Source: Vezdaea acicularis
Lineage: Eukaryota
Length of the DNA stretch: 64,000 nt
Reading direction: 5' to 3'
NCBI GenBank assembly: GCA_026025075.1
Contig: JAPEUI010000017.1
Span: 124,001 to 188,000, forward strand
The position numbers were made by a program, and so were the translations under genes. The notes under the pieces are model-generated. The model was not told the DNA's origin. It saw only the letters and a list, made by a program, of their open reading frames with translations, and searched no databases. The stretch's first letter is position 1. The number at the start of each line of letters is the position of its first letter. Of this stretch, positions 13,582-25,246 are shown one piece after another.

Positions 13582-15948
13582 ATGCTGCATGAAATCCTTC
13601 TCTCTCTCTCAGGCCATCCATCTCCACTGTTACGGCCTCCTAAAGAAGCCAAAAGTTCTCAAGATAGTGGCTCGTTTGTCGACCTCTCGCCCTCGGAAAC
13701 AGCGTTACTGTCATCGCTGGCTCATTTGAGCAATCTACACTTGAATCTTACTGCACATACCGCGACCATCTCTACCTCCCACCATTCCACCGTCTGCCGT
13801 GCCGTATCCACTGCTATAACTTCGATATATCTTCACCGGTTTCAGAAGAAGGTCCTAGAAGTTGAGAGCAGAATATTACAGAAAGATGCCAATCTTGTCG
13901 GAGGTTATGGCATAGTACCCCTCTCGGGTCTGGTCAGCGAATTCGGGCCGTGGACGAGAACGATGGAATGGCTTTGGGAGATTGCATGCGTCATCTTAGC
14001 GCCTGAAGACTTTGAAAGAAGCCAGGAACAGGCGAGGCCAAACGTCGTAAAGAAAGGGTCTACGGGAGCAGCCCTGATTAACCGGTTGCGGAATGAAGCT
14101 CACACTGGGTATCCGGACATAGGAAAGGCGGCAAATACCCTTATCGCTGCTGCAGAAACGGCCTGGCTCCGACAACTCTCCACTTGGGTGTTATACGGGC
14201 GTTTACCTGAATTTGGAGGCCCAGACTTCTTCATTCAAGAGAATGAGATCGATGATGAATACGAGACAGCAGGATGGCAAGGGGCTCGCTTTAGTATACG
14301 CCCTGAGATGCTCCCCAATTTTGTGGATAGCTCCACAGCAGCTTCGATTCTCTTCATCGGCCAATCACTAAACCACATAAGGATAAGAGGGGAGACAGCA
14401 TCGAAGCAATCAAGTTCTTTGAGGTCCTCTGAGCTTGCCTTACTTCCAGTCCACCTTCGCTACCTTTCAGGGCTTTCAACCCCAGTCTCGACATCCAACT
14501 TATCAAATAGCATTTCTGCAATTCGCTTCTCTTTATCTAAGCACACTCTCCATCAGGTATTTCCACTTGAGAAAATTGTGGAAATCCTCTCGCTTTTGCG
14601 TGAGTTTTTCTTGCTTGGTCGAGGCGAGTTTGCCCTTTCCTTGATATCTGAGGCAGATGAAGGAATCCGCTCGAGATGGCGAAGGCCTGGGCAGCAAGAA
14701 CAGGGCAGAGAAGGCCTCAGGGCTGTGGTAATCAAGGAAAGCGAGGTCACCGCAGTGCTGGCTCGGACGTGGGTTTCATTGTCCACTTATCGGAAAGAGG
14801 AGGACATGCAAGATGAGACCTTTGATTTAGCTCACGATTTACTTCGGCTTTCCCTTACGAAGGCGAATACATCTAAAACACGTAACCATTGTTTGAGTAG
14901 TGGAATAGACCAAATCGCAATTCCTGAAACGACTTTCAGCGATATGCTGCTCTCCGTACCTACGACACTATCTCTTGCTGTTCCCTCACCACTTGACCTA
15001 TTTCTCACACCTAACGATCTTGATGTCTACGCTTACATCAATGCGTATCTCCTCTCCATTCGCCGCGCTCATTTACGCCTCACGGATCTTTGGAAGCTGT
15101 CTTCCATACGGAGGAATCATCCAGCCCCCTTAGGTCCGCCTGGAAGCAATTCCAAATTGGGTCAGCGGACAGTTCGAAAGAAGCGTATGCGCGCAAATGA
15201 TCGTGCACGTACAATGCGGAGGGTTTGGGCTACAAGTAGCGCTGCTATCTTTTTGCTTGCAGAGGTTGGTGGCTATTTCCAAGGCGAAGTCGTCAAAGGG
15301 TCATGGGACAGCTTACGAACATGGCTCCAGGCCCCCCTTACAGTGGGGACTGATGAAGATCACATGCAAGACGTAGATAGGGAGTCCTCAAGGGGGGTAA
15401 GAAGAGCCCGTGATCTTTGGACAAGCGCAGGATCTCCCCGGCCTCAGAGTCGTGATAAAGTGGTAATTGCAAATCCCGGTTCTCATGATCCTGAGACCGT
15501 ATCTCGTGCCCACCAAGTATATTTAAGGGGCCTATTGGACTCCCTCTTTCTTACCGATGCCCCTTTCCCTAAAATCCTTCGGTTGTTTCTTCAGCATATC
15601 GACCATCTGGCTTCGTGTGTTACGCGCCTGCAGCACATCTGGCAGAATTTGGATCTCGAAACCGACGACGGAGTCATGGATGCGTTTTCGAACTTTCGAG
15701 TTGAGCAGGTGGAGGCCCTGAAAGAAATGGAAGATGTCGGGAAGAACATTGAGGTGGGAATACGAAACATAGTGACCCGGTTGAGGGAGCTAGATTCAGA
15801 GAGGATTGGCGTGGAGAGGGGGCCAGGAAATGTGTTGGAGCAGGGTGAATATCAAACTTGGAGGGTAGGAGGAGTCGACAGGCTTCTGATGAAGCTGGAT
15901 TTTGGAAGTCTGATGAGCAGTGCCGGGTTAGAGGTTGATGCCGGGTAG
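13582..15948 (+). CDS. GCP4: Gamma-tubulin complex component GCP4 (Spc97/Spc98 family)
   Basis: Long ORF beginning MLHEILLSLSGHPS; WLRQLSTWVLYG, ILFIGQSL, FFLLGRGEFA, YLLSIRRAH; C-terminal DRLLMKLDF. Confidence 0.88.
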   Translation: MLHEILLSLSGHPSPLLRPPKEAKSSQDSGSFVDLSPSETALLSSLAHLSNLHLNLTAHTATISTSHHSTVCRAVSTAITSIYLHRFQKKVLEVESRILQKDANLVGGYGIVPLSGLVSEFGPWTRTMEWLWEIACVILAPEDFERSQEQARPNVVKKGSTGAALINRLRNEAHTGYPDIGKAANTLIAAAETAWLRQLSTWVLYGRLPEFGGPDFFIQENEIDDEYETAGWQGARFSIRPEMLPNFVDSSTAASILFIGQSLNHIRIRGETASKQSSSLRSSELALLPVHLRYLSGLSTPVSTSNLSNSISAIRFSLSKHTLHQVFPLEKIVEILSLLREFFLLGRGEFALSLISEADEGIRSRWRRPGQQEQGREGLRAVVIKESEVTAVLARTWVSLSTYRKEEDMQDETFDLAHDLLRLSLTKANTSKTRNHCLSSGIDQIAIPETTFSDMLLSVPTTLSLAVPSPLDLFLTPNDLDVYAYINAYLLSIRRAHLRLTDLWKLSSIRRNHPAPLGPPGSNSKLGQRTVRKKRMRANDRARTMRRVWATSSAAIFLLAEVGGYFQGEVVKGSWDSLRTWLQAPLTVGTDEDHMQDVDRESSRGVRRARDLWTSAGSPRPQSRDKVVIANPGSHDPETVSRAHQVYLRGLLDSLFLTDAPFPKILRLFLQHIDHLASCVTRLQHIWQNLDLETDDGVMDAFSNFRVEQVEALKEMEDVGKNIEVGIRNIVTRLRELDSERIGVERGPGNVLEQGEYQTWRVGGVDRLLMKLDFGSLMSSAGLEVDAG

Positions 15949-16098
15949 GCAAACATTGATGATGTATGAAGTGAGCATTTGGCGGGTTTCTGGACTGCGA
16001 GACTGACGCAATCATCTCACAAGCAAGAGCCCCACTTGACTGTGGAGCCCATCGAGCGCCTGGATTCGCTCTAATGAAGGAATAGAACACTGTAAATC

Positions 16099-17194
16099 TT
16101 ACTCCTCCACAAGCATGCCTTCTGGGAGAACCTCATCCGGATCCAAGCCAATACTTTCTCCAATTCGCCGGACAATGTGCTTCAAGGCTCTACTTGCTGG
16201 GCTATCAGGAAACGCATCTGTAAAACTTTCTCCGAAATCGCAGGACATGCCTATCCGTGGATCCAATGGAACAGATCCTAGGTACGGTATCCTGGTATCT
16301 TTCGCAAGCTGTGACGCCCCTCCTGTGCTTGCCGCGAAGATTTGACTTTCATGCGTGCATTTTGGGCATACAAATCCAGACATGTTTTCCACAAGACCAA
16401 GTATGGGTATGCCGGCCTTCCAGCAGAAGTCGATCTCTTTCCGAACATCGAGAAGTGAAACCTCCTGTGGCGTAGTAACCAAAACGGCACCGCTTACCCC
16501 TGACTCCTTAAGGAACGAGTTGACACTAAGATGCTCATCCGAGGTACCTGGTGGCGTGTCGACGAGTAAGAAGTCTAGCTCGCCCCATTCAACGTCTTTA
16601 AGGAACTGCTTGATCAAGCCGTTCTTCTTCGGTCCGCGCCAGATCACAGCATCATCGCGGTTCGGCAGCATGAATTGTACGCTCATGACTCCCAGGTTCT
16701 CCGAAACCCAAACAGGTGACCAGCCCTCTGCAAACGAATGGATCGTCTCTGATTCAACGCCCATCATCTTCGGTATCGAGGGCCCGCAGATATCCGTATC
16801 CATGATCCCAACGGTTGAAGCGGGGTTGCTGGCGAAGGCATGGCCAAGCATCGTGGTAAACGTACTCTTTCCTACCCCACCTTTGCCACTCAGGACGAGA
16901 ACTTTGTGTTTCACGGATGAGAGGCGGGCCGTTATGATAGGGATATCTGGGTCTGGACCTTTGGGCGCAGTGGCGCATATCTGCTGGTTAGGACAGCCAG
17001 CGCAGGCGTCGCCCTTGCCCGCTTGTTGCGATTCTGGACCTGGACAGTGCTCTTGGGAGACCAGAAGTCAATAGAGGGACTTAAGACGCAGGTGAGCAGG
17101 AGTTGATACCGGGTTCTGGAGCTACAAGCTTAGGCGCCACCTTGGGACGGGCATCGATGTCGGTGGGCGTCAGCTCCTCGAACGAAGGTGCCAT
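16099..17194 (-). CDS. NBP35: Cytosolic Fe-S cluster assembly scaffold P-loop NTPase
   Basis: N-terminal CX13CX2CX5C ([24 protein letters not shown]), deviant Walker [30 protein letters not shown]; one intron at about 17050-17109. Confidence 0.96.
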
Positions 17195-18137
17195 GATTGC
17201 AGGAGCCTGAATGAGTGCACTGAATAGAGATTCTCAAAATCTTAGACAATTAGGACTCCCTGGCGGCGGCGAGGTGAGAAATTTGGCATAGGTTTGTAAG
17301 GGCATGTTTGCATTCGTTTGCAATCAGTCTCGGGGATTACTGCCGAGTTTTGGCGCCAAGCTCAGCTTCCAACTAATCATTTTGCTCTCTGAGCACTGTC
17401 ACGCCATCATGTCATTAGCGCTGTTCACCTCGTTCAATGGTCGTTTTGGCATCGAATTTATTGGACCATGTAGGTGGCAGCTCGATGATCTGGAAGCCTT
17501 CAATGGTCCTTCTAACGCGCCCCCACGATGGCATCATGCCCCGGGTCGAAAAAGGGTGTGGCAGACGCAAGCCTCAAAGGGCCCCGTCCACTGAGAGGAA
17601 AGACCCCAATAGCGCACCTAGGGAGCTCATTGGACGGGCGCTTAAGGCGCCGTGACCGGAGAGCCGTGAGAGCCAACTTCTGGTCGTGAGTGCATAAGCG
17701 AAAAAGTGCTTGTGCAACTATACCATCCCTTCGATAAAAACATCCATTCGAATTGTCATCCCCTCAGCCTGCAGCGTCTTGCGTGATACATCGCCGAAGG
17801 ACCGTGCGTTTGCCCTTCTTGGAGCGCGATACGTTTCATCAACAGTCACGAGTGAGCCTTGTATAAAGCTGATGGCGTTGCACTTTTTCATCATACGACG
17901 TACCATTGATCCAGCACGGCACCCAACACCTCAAACCCCGAACAATCGCGTGAATATCTACCCACACCAATTGACCCTCTCTACCCAAAGCTGTGCTGTG
18001 TTCAACATTTCCTTTCGTTAACGTCTTCCAAATTCTACATGCAACTTTGACTCCAATCCGTACATATTTCCGCTTCAAGCTAGCCTCAACGCGGGAGAAG
18101 TCAATTCAACAGACTTCGAATCAGATTAGTTGAGATA

Positions 18138-21100
18138 ATGAGGAGTCCTCTCACTCATCCGGAGAGTGATACAAACGGTCTGAGGGAGAGGACAGCCAAG
18201 TCCAACGAACATGAGGAAATAAAACTAGGGCTCAAGCCCGAGAAAACCTACGAGGCCGCTGAGACCATAAAAGAGAAGAAGACCTTTGGAAGGACTCCTG
18301 ATGGCACCAGTGAGTAATAAGATACCTGCCCGACTACGTGAATGTGTCTGGGCTGCCCTGTCCTACAGCAAGGGCACGAGTCTACTGCAACGCAAGTTCC
18401 TCCTATACGACTTGCTAATCACTTGTATTTCCCGCAGTCTTCACAGTTCCGCAAACCCATGATATGGTCTCTCAATTGTTATCTCCGAATCAGCCGAGGA
18501 ATTTTTCTGACCTCCTTGTGCTTGCTGTGCTTGGCTTCCATATCTTGACGCTGTACATGTTGCCGGCCTCATTTCGCACGCCAGTTTTTGCAATAGTTTT
18601 CCTCTTCTGGAGAGCTTCGTACAATGTCGGCATTGGCTACCTTCTACAGGTACAGTCACATCATCGCAGGCTAGTGTCATGGATGAAAAAGTCCAGGATC
18701 TTCGAAGACCCGGCTACCGGCACGAATCCCCAGCCGGCGTTATATTATATTATAAAGCGCGAATTCGAGACTAAGATTCCGCTCAATTACAAATTCGAGG
18801 ATGCTCCAATCGAATATAACACTTGGCTTGTCTTTCGAAGACTTGTGGATCTAATTTTGATGTGCGATTTCGTCTCTTACGTGCTCTTCGCGATCTCATG
18901 TGGAGGTCAACCAGAGGGCGAAAGCATTTCCATGGCAATAGCTCGGTGGTCGGCAGGATGGGCTCTTTTCGGATTCAATCTCTGGGTTAAACTCGATGCC
19001 CACAGGGTGGTGAAAGATTATGCTTGGTACTGGGGAGATTTCTTCTTCTTGATCGATCAAGAGTTGACTTTCGATGGCGTTTTCGAAATGGCCCCTCACC
19101 CCATGTATTCGGTGGGATATGCTGGTTATTATGGCATATCTCTTATGGCAGCAAGCTATAGTGTGCTTTTCATATCTATAATCGCACACGCCGCTCAGTT
19201 TGCTTTCTTGGTCTTTGTCGAGAATCCACATATTGAAAAGACGTACAATCCTCCCATACCGCGACAAAAACCAGAACCGGCAGCACTACCAGTAGCAGGG
19301 GAAAGGTGCGTGGTCGATGAAAAGTCAACGTCGGCTATTGAAGATCTAGAGAGACCGCCTCCATTAGCCACCGCTCTACAGCCATCCCCTGTCCACAATC
19401 TATGGGGTTTTAACAACCTCGATCTCTTTCGTGTGACAGATACATCAGTGCTACTGTTACAGCTCTACTTGCTTGGATTCACTGTTTTGTCGCCTTCGAC
19501 ACCTACTGTAAAGACACTCCTCATTGCCCACGCTGTTATGTGGAGGCTTTGGTTCTCAATTGGGATTGGTGTCGTTCTTGATCGCCAGTCCCGACTGAAG
19601 AAGTGGACACGGCATTTTGTCAAGTTTGGTGAAAGCACAGAAGAGTCATGGCGGCAATGGAAAGGCTTGTATCATCTTAGCATGACAATGTGCTATGCCA
19701 GTTTTGTCGCCACCTGTTGGAAAATGTACTCCCTTCCTCCAGACTGGGGCTATGGGCTGGTGCTTTTCAGGCACGTTGTTGGAACTGCACTAATAGCGTT
19801 GCAAGTATGGACAGCTATAAGTATACATGACTCTCTGGGCGAGTTCGGCTGGTTCTTTGGGGACTTTTTTTTCGACCAAGCACCAAAGCTAACTTACAGT
19901 GGCATATATCGCTACCTCAACAACCCGGAAAGAATAATTGGGCTTGCAGGAATCTGGGGTGCTGTGCTTATCACTGAGAGTCGAGCTATATTCTTCCTTG
20001 CTCTACTCAGCCACATGCTGACACTTGGATTTATTCACCTCGTCGAAAAACCTCATATGCAGAAGCTCTATGGACGAAACCTACGGCGAGACTCTGGACT
20101 GGTAAAGAGCCTAAAGCGATCGCTACCACCACCGATTAGGCAATGGCAGGGAAGCGTCGACAAAGTCCTTGGAGAGACTGTAGAGTTTGTTGAGGACTTC
20201 ATAGAGACAGCAAGGCCTAAGTTCGCTGCTGGTGTAGGCGTATTGGTGAAAGATACTACAGCACTGTTCAGTCAATATCCCGCACGTATCAGTCTCACTC
20301 GACTTGCGCCGGACTTAGCCGGCTATGACCCAAGAGATTATTCTTTAGTAATCGAAGGCATGCCATCTAGTGCTTTAGCTGTCAGTGAAAGCTTCAGCAC
20401 AAAAGAAGGCCAGACTGCTCGAATACCTCCAGAAAGGCGCCGAGATTTCCATACGCGCATGTTTGAATATGGAGCACCGATCCGAGTGAAGTGGACTGCA
20501 CCGCTTAATCATAGCAAGAAGGACTGGATAGGGCTGTACATGGTTGCGGATAACGTATCGAGAGACGCTACTCGAATAGCGTCCAACGGCAGATGGGTAG
20601 CTACGAACCCAGGCATTTATGACTCCAGTACGGCAGACGATGGAATTATAATGAGCGATCAGAGAGTTTCTGGTGCCGAGAGAAAGGATGGCGTGTCCAA
20701 CGATTGGATGAGCGGTGAAATGGAGTTCCAAGGCGATAAGCTTTGGTGGACTCAGGGTGTTTTTGAATTCCGTTATCACCATGATGGTAAACACAACGTC
20801 ATGGCAATCTCACTTCCATTCGAGGTCAGGATCGGTAGGTTCGACGAAGATGAAGTGGACCTTGATGAGAACGGTGGCCTTCGCGGTGCCGTGGAGAAGG
20901 CTCTCTTACCAGTAGTCAGGAATTGCTTTGACCGTAACCCGGAAATCGCTCCAAATACTATTGATGAGCCATATGGACCCCTAGTAGAGCGAGACAGTAA
21001 ATATGCCAGGAGGGTGGTCTATGCCGTACGCGTTATGTAAGTACATTGCAAAGATGGATGTCGGAAAGAAGCTGACTGTATAGGTTTGGTGTCGAGTTTG

Positions 21101-21388
21101 CCGCAGAAGTCGTGCAAGCAGACGGTAATGTCAGAAACCTTGCCTGGCGTGTATGTAATGCGAAGAAGGTTTTGGTATGTCAATCTCTGTTTCTCTCCTT
21201 TCCTCTGGGATGAAAACACTCGCCACCTCCTAGACATGGCTCAGTGGCGTGCAAGCCGTCGGAAGACGACCCGCATTACTTATCTCATGTTTGGAGACTG
21301 GTAGCTGACGATCTCTTCATAATGGCAGGCGCCTTATAGCATGTCTTCTTCGCGGGGGAGCACGACGCCTACTACACCGAAATACTAG
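18138..21388 (+). CDS. CHO2: Phosphatidylethanolamine N-methyltransferase
   Basis: [24 protein letters not shown] (intron 18310-18437), [51 protein letters not shown]; two 3' introns; ends STTPTTPKY*. Confidence 0.96.
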
Positions 21389-21678
21389 TTTCTTGCGTAC
21401 GTTATGCTTGAGACTCTTACACAGGCGTCCCTTCATTACATCAAATGCCTTAGATCATAGGGCGTTTTGCAAACGAACTAGGCTTTGCATTGTATTTGGG
21501 CGGTTGCAGATGCGATCCATTCTCCATGAATTCTCGAATTGCAGCGCCTAGCTGTATTCTAATGGTGCCCATCTCCTTCACCTATTACCCGGCGCCCTTC
21601 TGTTCTTATGACGCAGCATATGTGCCTTTTTGGGGCGAGCGATTGATCGGCATTTACTGGGGCAATAAGCCTTAACGT

Positions 21679-22090
21679 TCAAAGTCGCCTTTGCCCTCCA
21701 GAGGAAGGGTGCGATTCCTTGCACACCAGCTTCGTCGTTGTTGTCGTGTCTTCATTAATTGTTCTGCTAAAATTCGCTTTCTGCGAAAACTTCTTTCAGC
21801 TTACATTCACATGAAGCCCAACTATACTCTCTTCGTTAGAAAAAAAGGAAGCGCTAGCTTACTGGTCCATGACCCCCAACATAAGCTATAACCAGCTCAC
21901 AACCACCGCAGGGAACGCTAGAAGTGCTAGTACTTGTCTTGGCGTACTCGGTATATGTGGGACCAATGTTGAAAGTTTTGAGGATGGGATGTGTTGTTTG
22001 GCAGGACGCTGAATCGGTCACAGAGCATTGGCGTGCGAGAGCGAAAGTGACGAGCGTCGGGAAAGGGAGGAATGAGGTAGAGAGCTTCAT
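21679..22090 (-). CDS. Small secreted Cys/Thr-rich protein (about 110 aa, two exons)
   Basis: Signal-like MKLSTSFLPFPTLVTFALA; GPTYTEY..VPCGGCEL..GHGP; intron 21781-21862 (gtaagc..cag) splices in frame to KANFSRTINEDTTTTTKLVC..RRL*. Confidence 0.65.
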
Positions 22091-23455
22091 GGCTTGCACG
22101 AAGAATATTATTCTTGTTGAATTAATATTCAATAATTGAATTAGATGAATAGGCAGACAACAGATGGCTCAGTGGAGGAGCTTGGTAGATGTAGTGGAGC
22201 GAAGCCAGTTCAAATTCAGTTTGGATGAAAAGCTTAGGTCGAGTGTACATGGCGACTCGCAAACCTGTCCGCGGCGAAGAAGTCACAGTTGGGCACAAGT
22301 AGCGCCCAAATCTACATGCGGCAACCCGTATATTCTACGATTGAAAGATGAGAGATTTAAAAAACCCCACCTCTGAAACGCCTAGCTACGCTGCATATGA
22401 ACACGTAGGCCCGTGTAACGTTAGCCTTTCCGGCAGGAGCGTGCAACAATTGAGTTATGATTTAGTGCGAAGAGTTATACAGTTGATCACAACCTGCAAA
22501 ACAGGAAATTTAGAAGGTCGATGGTCATCGTCGTGCTTCATGGGCAGGTCTCATCCGAGAAAGTGGGGACATTGCGGTCCTGTTTCGGCTGAGTTGAACT
22601 CGCCCTGAGATAAGCACGGTCAGCTCCGAAGAGCACTCTCCCGGCTTCACAATGTCGATGCTTTCGCCAGGTCGGCCCTGAGGTGTGTAAAATGAAGTTT
22701 CGAAGCACATGTTAACCCATCAGCACGGGTCACCCTTAGTAGTTCCAAGATCATTGGCAATTCATGATAGTTGTTCTTAGTATGAGCTCGATAGTACTGC
22801 GCCTTTACTCGCTTTGGAATATCACACTCTGGGCTATGTCCGCGACCTGGCGGGACCTGATTTTACCTTCAAGTGTGTACAGTAAGTATCACTTGACTAT
22901 GGGGGAACCCTGGCTTATGCGCCATCAATTTTGTCGACCGCTTGGTAGAGGAATGGCAAATGAGAGGATCGGAGGAGTAGGCGATACGTAAAGCTAAGGA
23001 GGACTCTAAAGAGCTGTTGGAATACGTGAAAAACGGCTCGTAGTTGACGCTTTCCATGTCGCATGACGTCAATGTAATGAGAGTGCCAGTCTGAAAGAAT
23101 ATGACCTTCAGGATTATGCCAATGAGGAGCTTCCTAGCGCCGCCGACCCAATGTCTAAGGTGCGCGTCATTTGACGTTGCAGACCACAAGGTGTTTCGCA
23201 CGTGGGGTGGCGGCGGTTCGTTCCGATTTGCGAACATTAGCGTAGGCACATGTATGTCTTCAAGCACCTCTATCCTGCAGGTCGATGACTAATCAGGGTT
23301 ATCTTTCGATATGCTATAAGCCAACAGCTCTCAAACTCCATCTCCTAAGTCTCGCTAGAAGGGTAGTGAATTGGCGTCCGGCTTCCAATTGGTTCTCTCA
23401 ACCTTACGTGGCCAAATCTCAACGCTTGAGACGCACTTCCCAGCAAGTCTATATC

Positions 23456-24814
23456 ATGGCATCCACGGCACCAATTCAGACGGAGGACTGCCTACTCTCA
23501 GTACTCCACCGATCATTTCCAGAAGCGCTTGCATCCGTCCCCAAGTCTGTAGAAGCCGTTGGCGTCGTTGAAGACGCAAACTTGGCTGTATCGGGTCTTT
23601 CAGCAGACATTTATCCGCATTTCACCTATAGCGAGGTTGAGCGTTCTGAGATCGAACAAGGGCTGACAACATCTGCACGCATCATAGCGGCTTCAGGTGA
23701 TGAGAGCAAACAGAACGACCTTCTTGCTTCCCTGAATGATCACCTTGCAAGTCGCTCGACGGTACTAGGCAGTAAACCCTCGGTTGCTGATGTTGCAAGC
23801 TACGCGCGCCTACGATCGATAGTACAGAGGTGGACACCAGAGCAGAGAACAGGACAGAAGGGCTATCGGTATATTGTTCGACACATAGATTACGTTCAGA
23901 ATGCTCCATTGTTTGCCCTTAAAGTTCCTCATTCAGACAAGATCGATATAGATCTGAATGATGTCAAGTGGATACAAAAGCCGCTTGATCCGAAGGAAGA
24001 AAAAGAGAAGAAAAGAAAGGCTGTAGCGTTGGCTTTTGATGGAAAAAAGGAGCTTGGGAAAGGGGGATTAGCTGGTGATGCCGAGCAGGTGGAAGCGGCC
24101 GTCAAGGTGGCTGTGGTCGGCGGCTCAGCGAAAGTAATTGAGAAAGCCCAGAAAAAGGAGAAGAAAGAAAAGCAATCCAAACCACAGAAGCAGCCGGCTA
24201 AAGAAAAGCCCCTTTCACCTAGCCTCATAGACCTCCGCGTCGGGCATATTCTTAAGGCGATCAATCATCCTAACGCGGATTCTCTTTACGTTTCGACTAT
24301 TGCATGTGGAGACTCCGTCGGTACTGATAATACCTCAGAATACGAAGGTCAAATTGTACGAACGGTTTGCTCCGGCCTGAATGGGCTCGTACCGCTGGAG
24401 GAGATGCAGGGGAGGAAGATTGTCGCTGTATGCAACTTAAAGCCTGTCACAATGCGGGGAGTAAAGTCGGCTGCTATGGTGCTCGCAGCGTCGCCTCGTG
24501 CTGCTGAGGACGCAACAGAAAATCCTCACAATGGCCCTGTCGAGCTTGTTGATCCACCCTCGGACGCTAAAGCTGGCGATCGTCTTTTCTTTGAAGGCTG
24601 GGAGGGCGAGCCAGAAGGCGTGTTAAACCCCAAGAAGAAAGTATGGGAAAGCATTCAGCCAGGCTTTACGACTACAGAGCAACTTGAAGTAGGATTTGAG
24701 GTCGCGGCTGTTCCCCAGCTAGCAGGTGCCGGTCAGGTGTCTTTAGGGAAGCTAGCCACGAAGGGTGGTGGTGTATGCACAGTCAAGAGTTTGAAGGGTG
24801 GCTTAGTGCGATAA
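23456..24814 (+). CDS. ARC1: tRNA-aminoacylation cofactor (GST-like N domain, Lys-rich linker, EMAPII/OB tRNA-binding domain)
   Basis: LNDHLASRSTVLGSKPSVADV, YIVRHIDYVQN, IDLRVGHILKAINHPNADSLYV, VCNLKPVTMRGVKSAAMVLAAS, LNPKKKVWE. A further in-frame ATG lies upstream at 23285. Confidence 0.92.
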   Translation: MASTAPIQTEDCLLSVLHRSFPEALASVPKSVEAVGVVEDANLAVSGLSADIYPHFTYSEVERSEIEQGLTTSARIIAASGDESKQNDLLASLNDHLASRSTVLGSKPSVADVASYARLRSIVQRWTPEQRTGQKGYRYIVRHIDYVQNAPLFALKVPHSDKIDIDLNDVKWIQKPLDPKEEKEKKRKAVALAFDGKKELGKGGLAGDAEQVEAAVKVAVVGGSAKVIEKAQKKEKKEKQSKPQKQPAKEKPLSPSLIDLRVGHILKAINHPNADSLYVSTIACGDSVGTDNTSEYEGQIVRTVCSGLNGLVPLEEMQGRKIVAVCNLKPVTMRGVKSAAMVLAASPRAAEDATENPHNGPVELVDPPSDAKAGDRLFFEGWEGEPEGVLNPKKKVWESIQPGFTTTEQLEVGFEVAAVPQLAGAGQVSLGKLATKGGGVCTVKSLKGGLVR

Positions 24815-25246
24815 AACGACAAGCTCAAGCGGAAAAGTGTTGCACACGCAATTTCAACTCAATGGTTGAGATTCTGCATAGTAAGACTAAAAATACATAC
24901 ATCACTCAATGAAATCTCGGTCCAAAATTAGACGATTCCCGAAGGAACCATGGTCCTGCTGCTCTCGTCTCCACATTCTCATCAAGCTCATCATGCGAGG
25001 CGTCTACTTTCTGGTGGGTAACTGCTTCATGCCAAAATCTCAAGCATGTGGCCGATTGTCTCGTCACCTTCAACATATCCTTAGCTTCTCTTGAGACGAT
25101 GATGCAGTCCCGTGCTACTGCACGTAGCGTCTTCAGGACCTATATGAAGGCGCCTCCCGCACCTTTCTCGATTGCCCTTCTACACTGCTCTTCTCCTCAG
25201 TCATTTCAGGTCGTCTTCATTCACTACTATTACGTTCGTTGCTAGC

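Noticed and set aside
16355..17074. 239-aa plus-strand ORF and similar antisense ORFs (e.g. 41540-41953, 60278-60790, 32346-32777)
   Set aside because: They are antisense shadows of well-supported genes, with no protein-like motifs.
23064..23071. CRE palindrome TGACGTCA upstream of ARC1
   Set aside because: A single 8-mer is expected about once by chance in 64 kb, and nothing else supports it.
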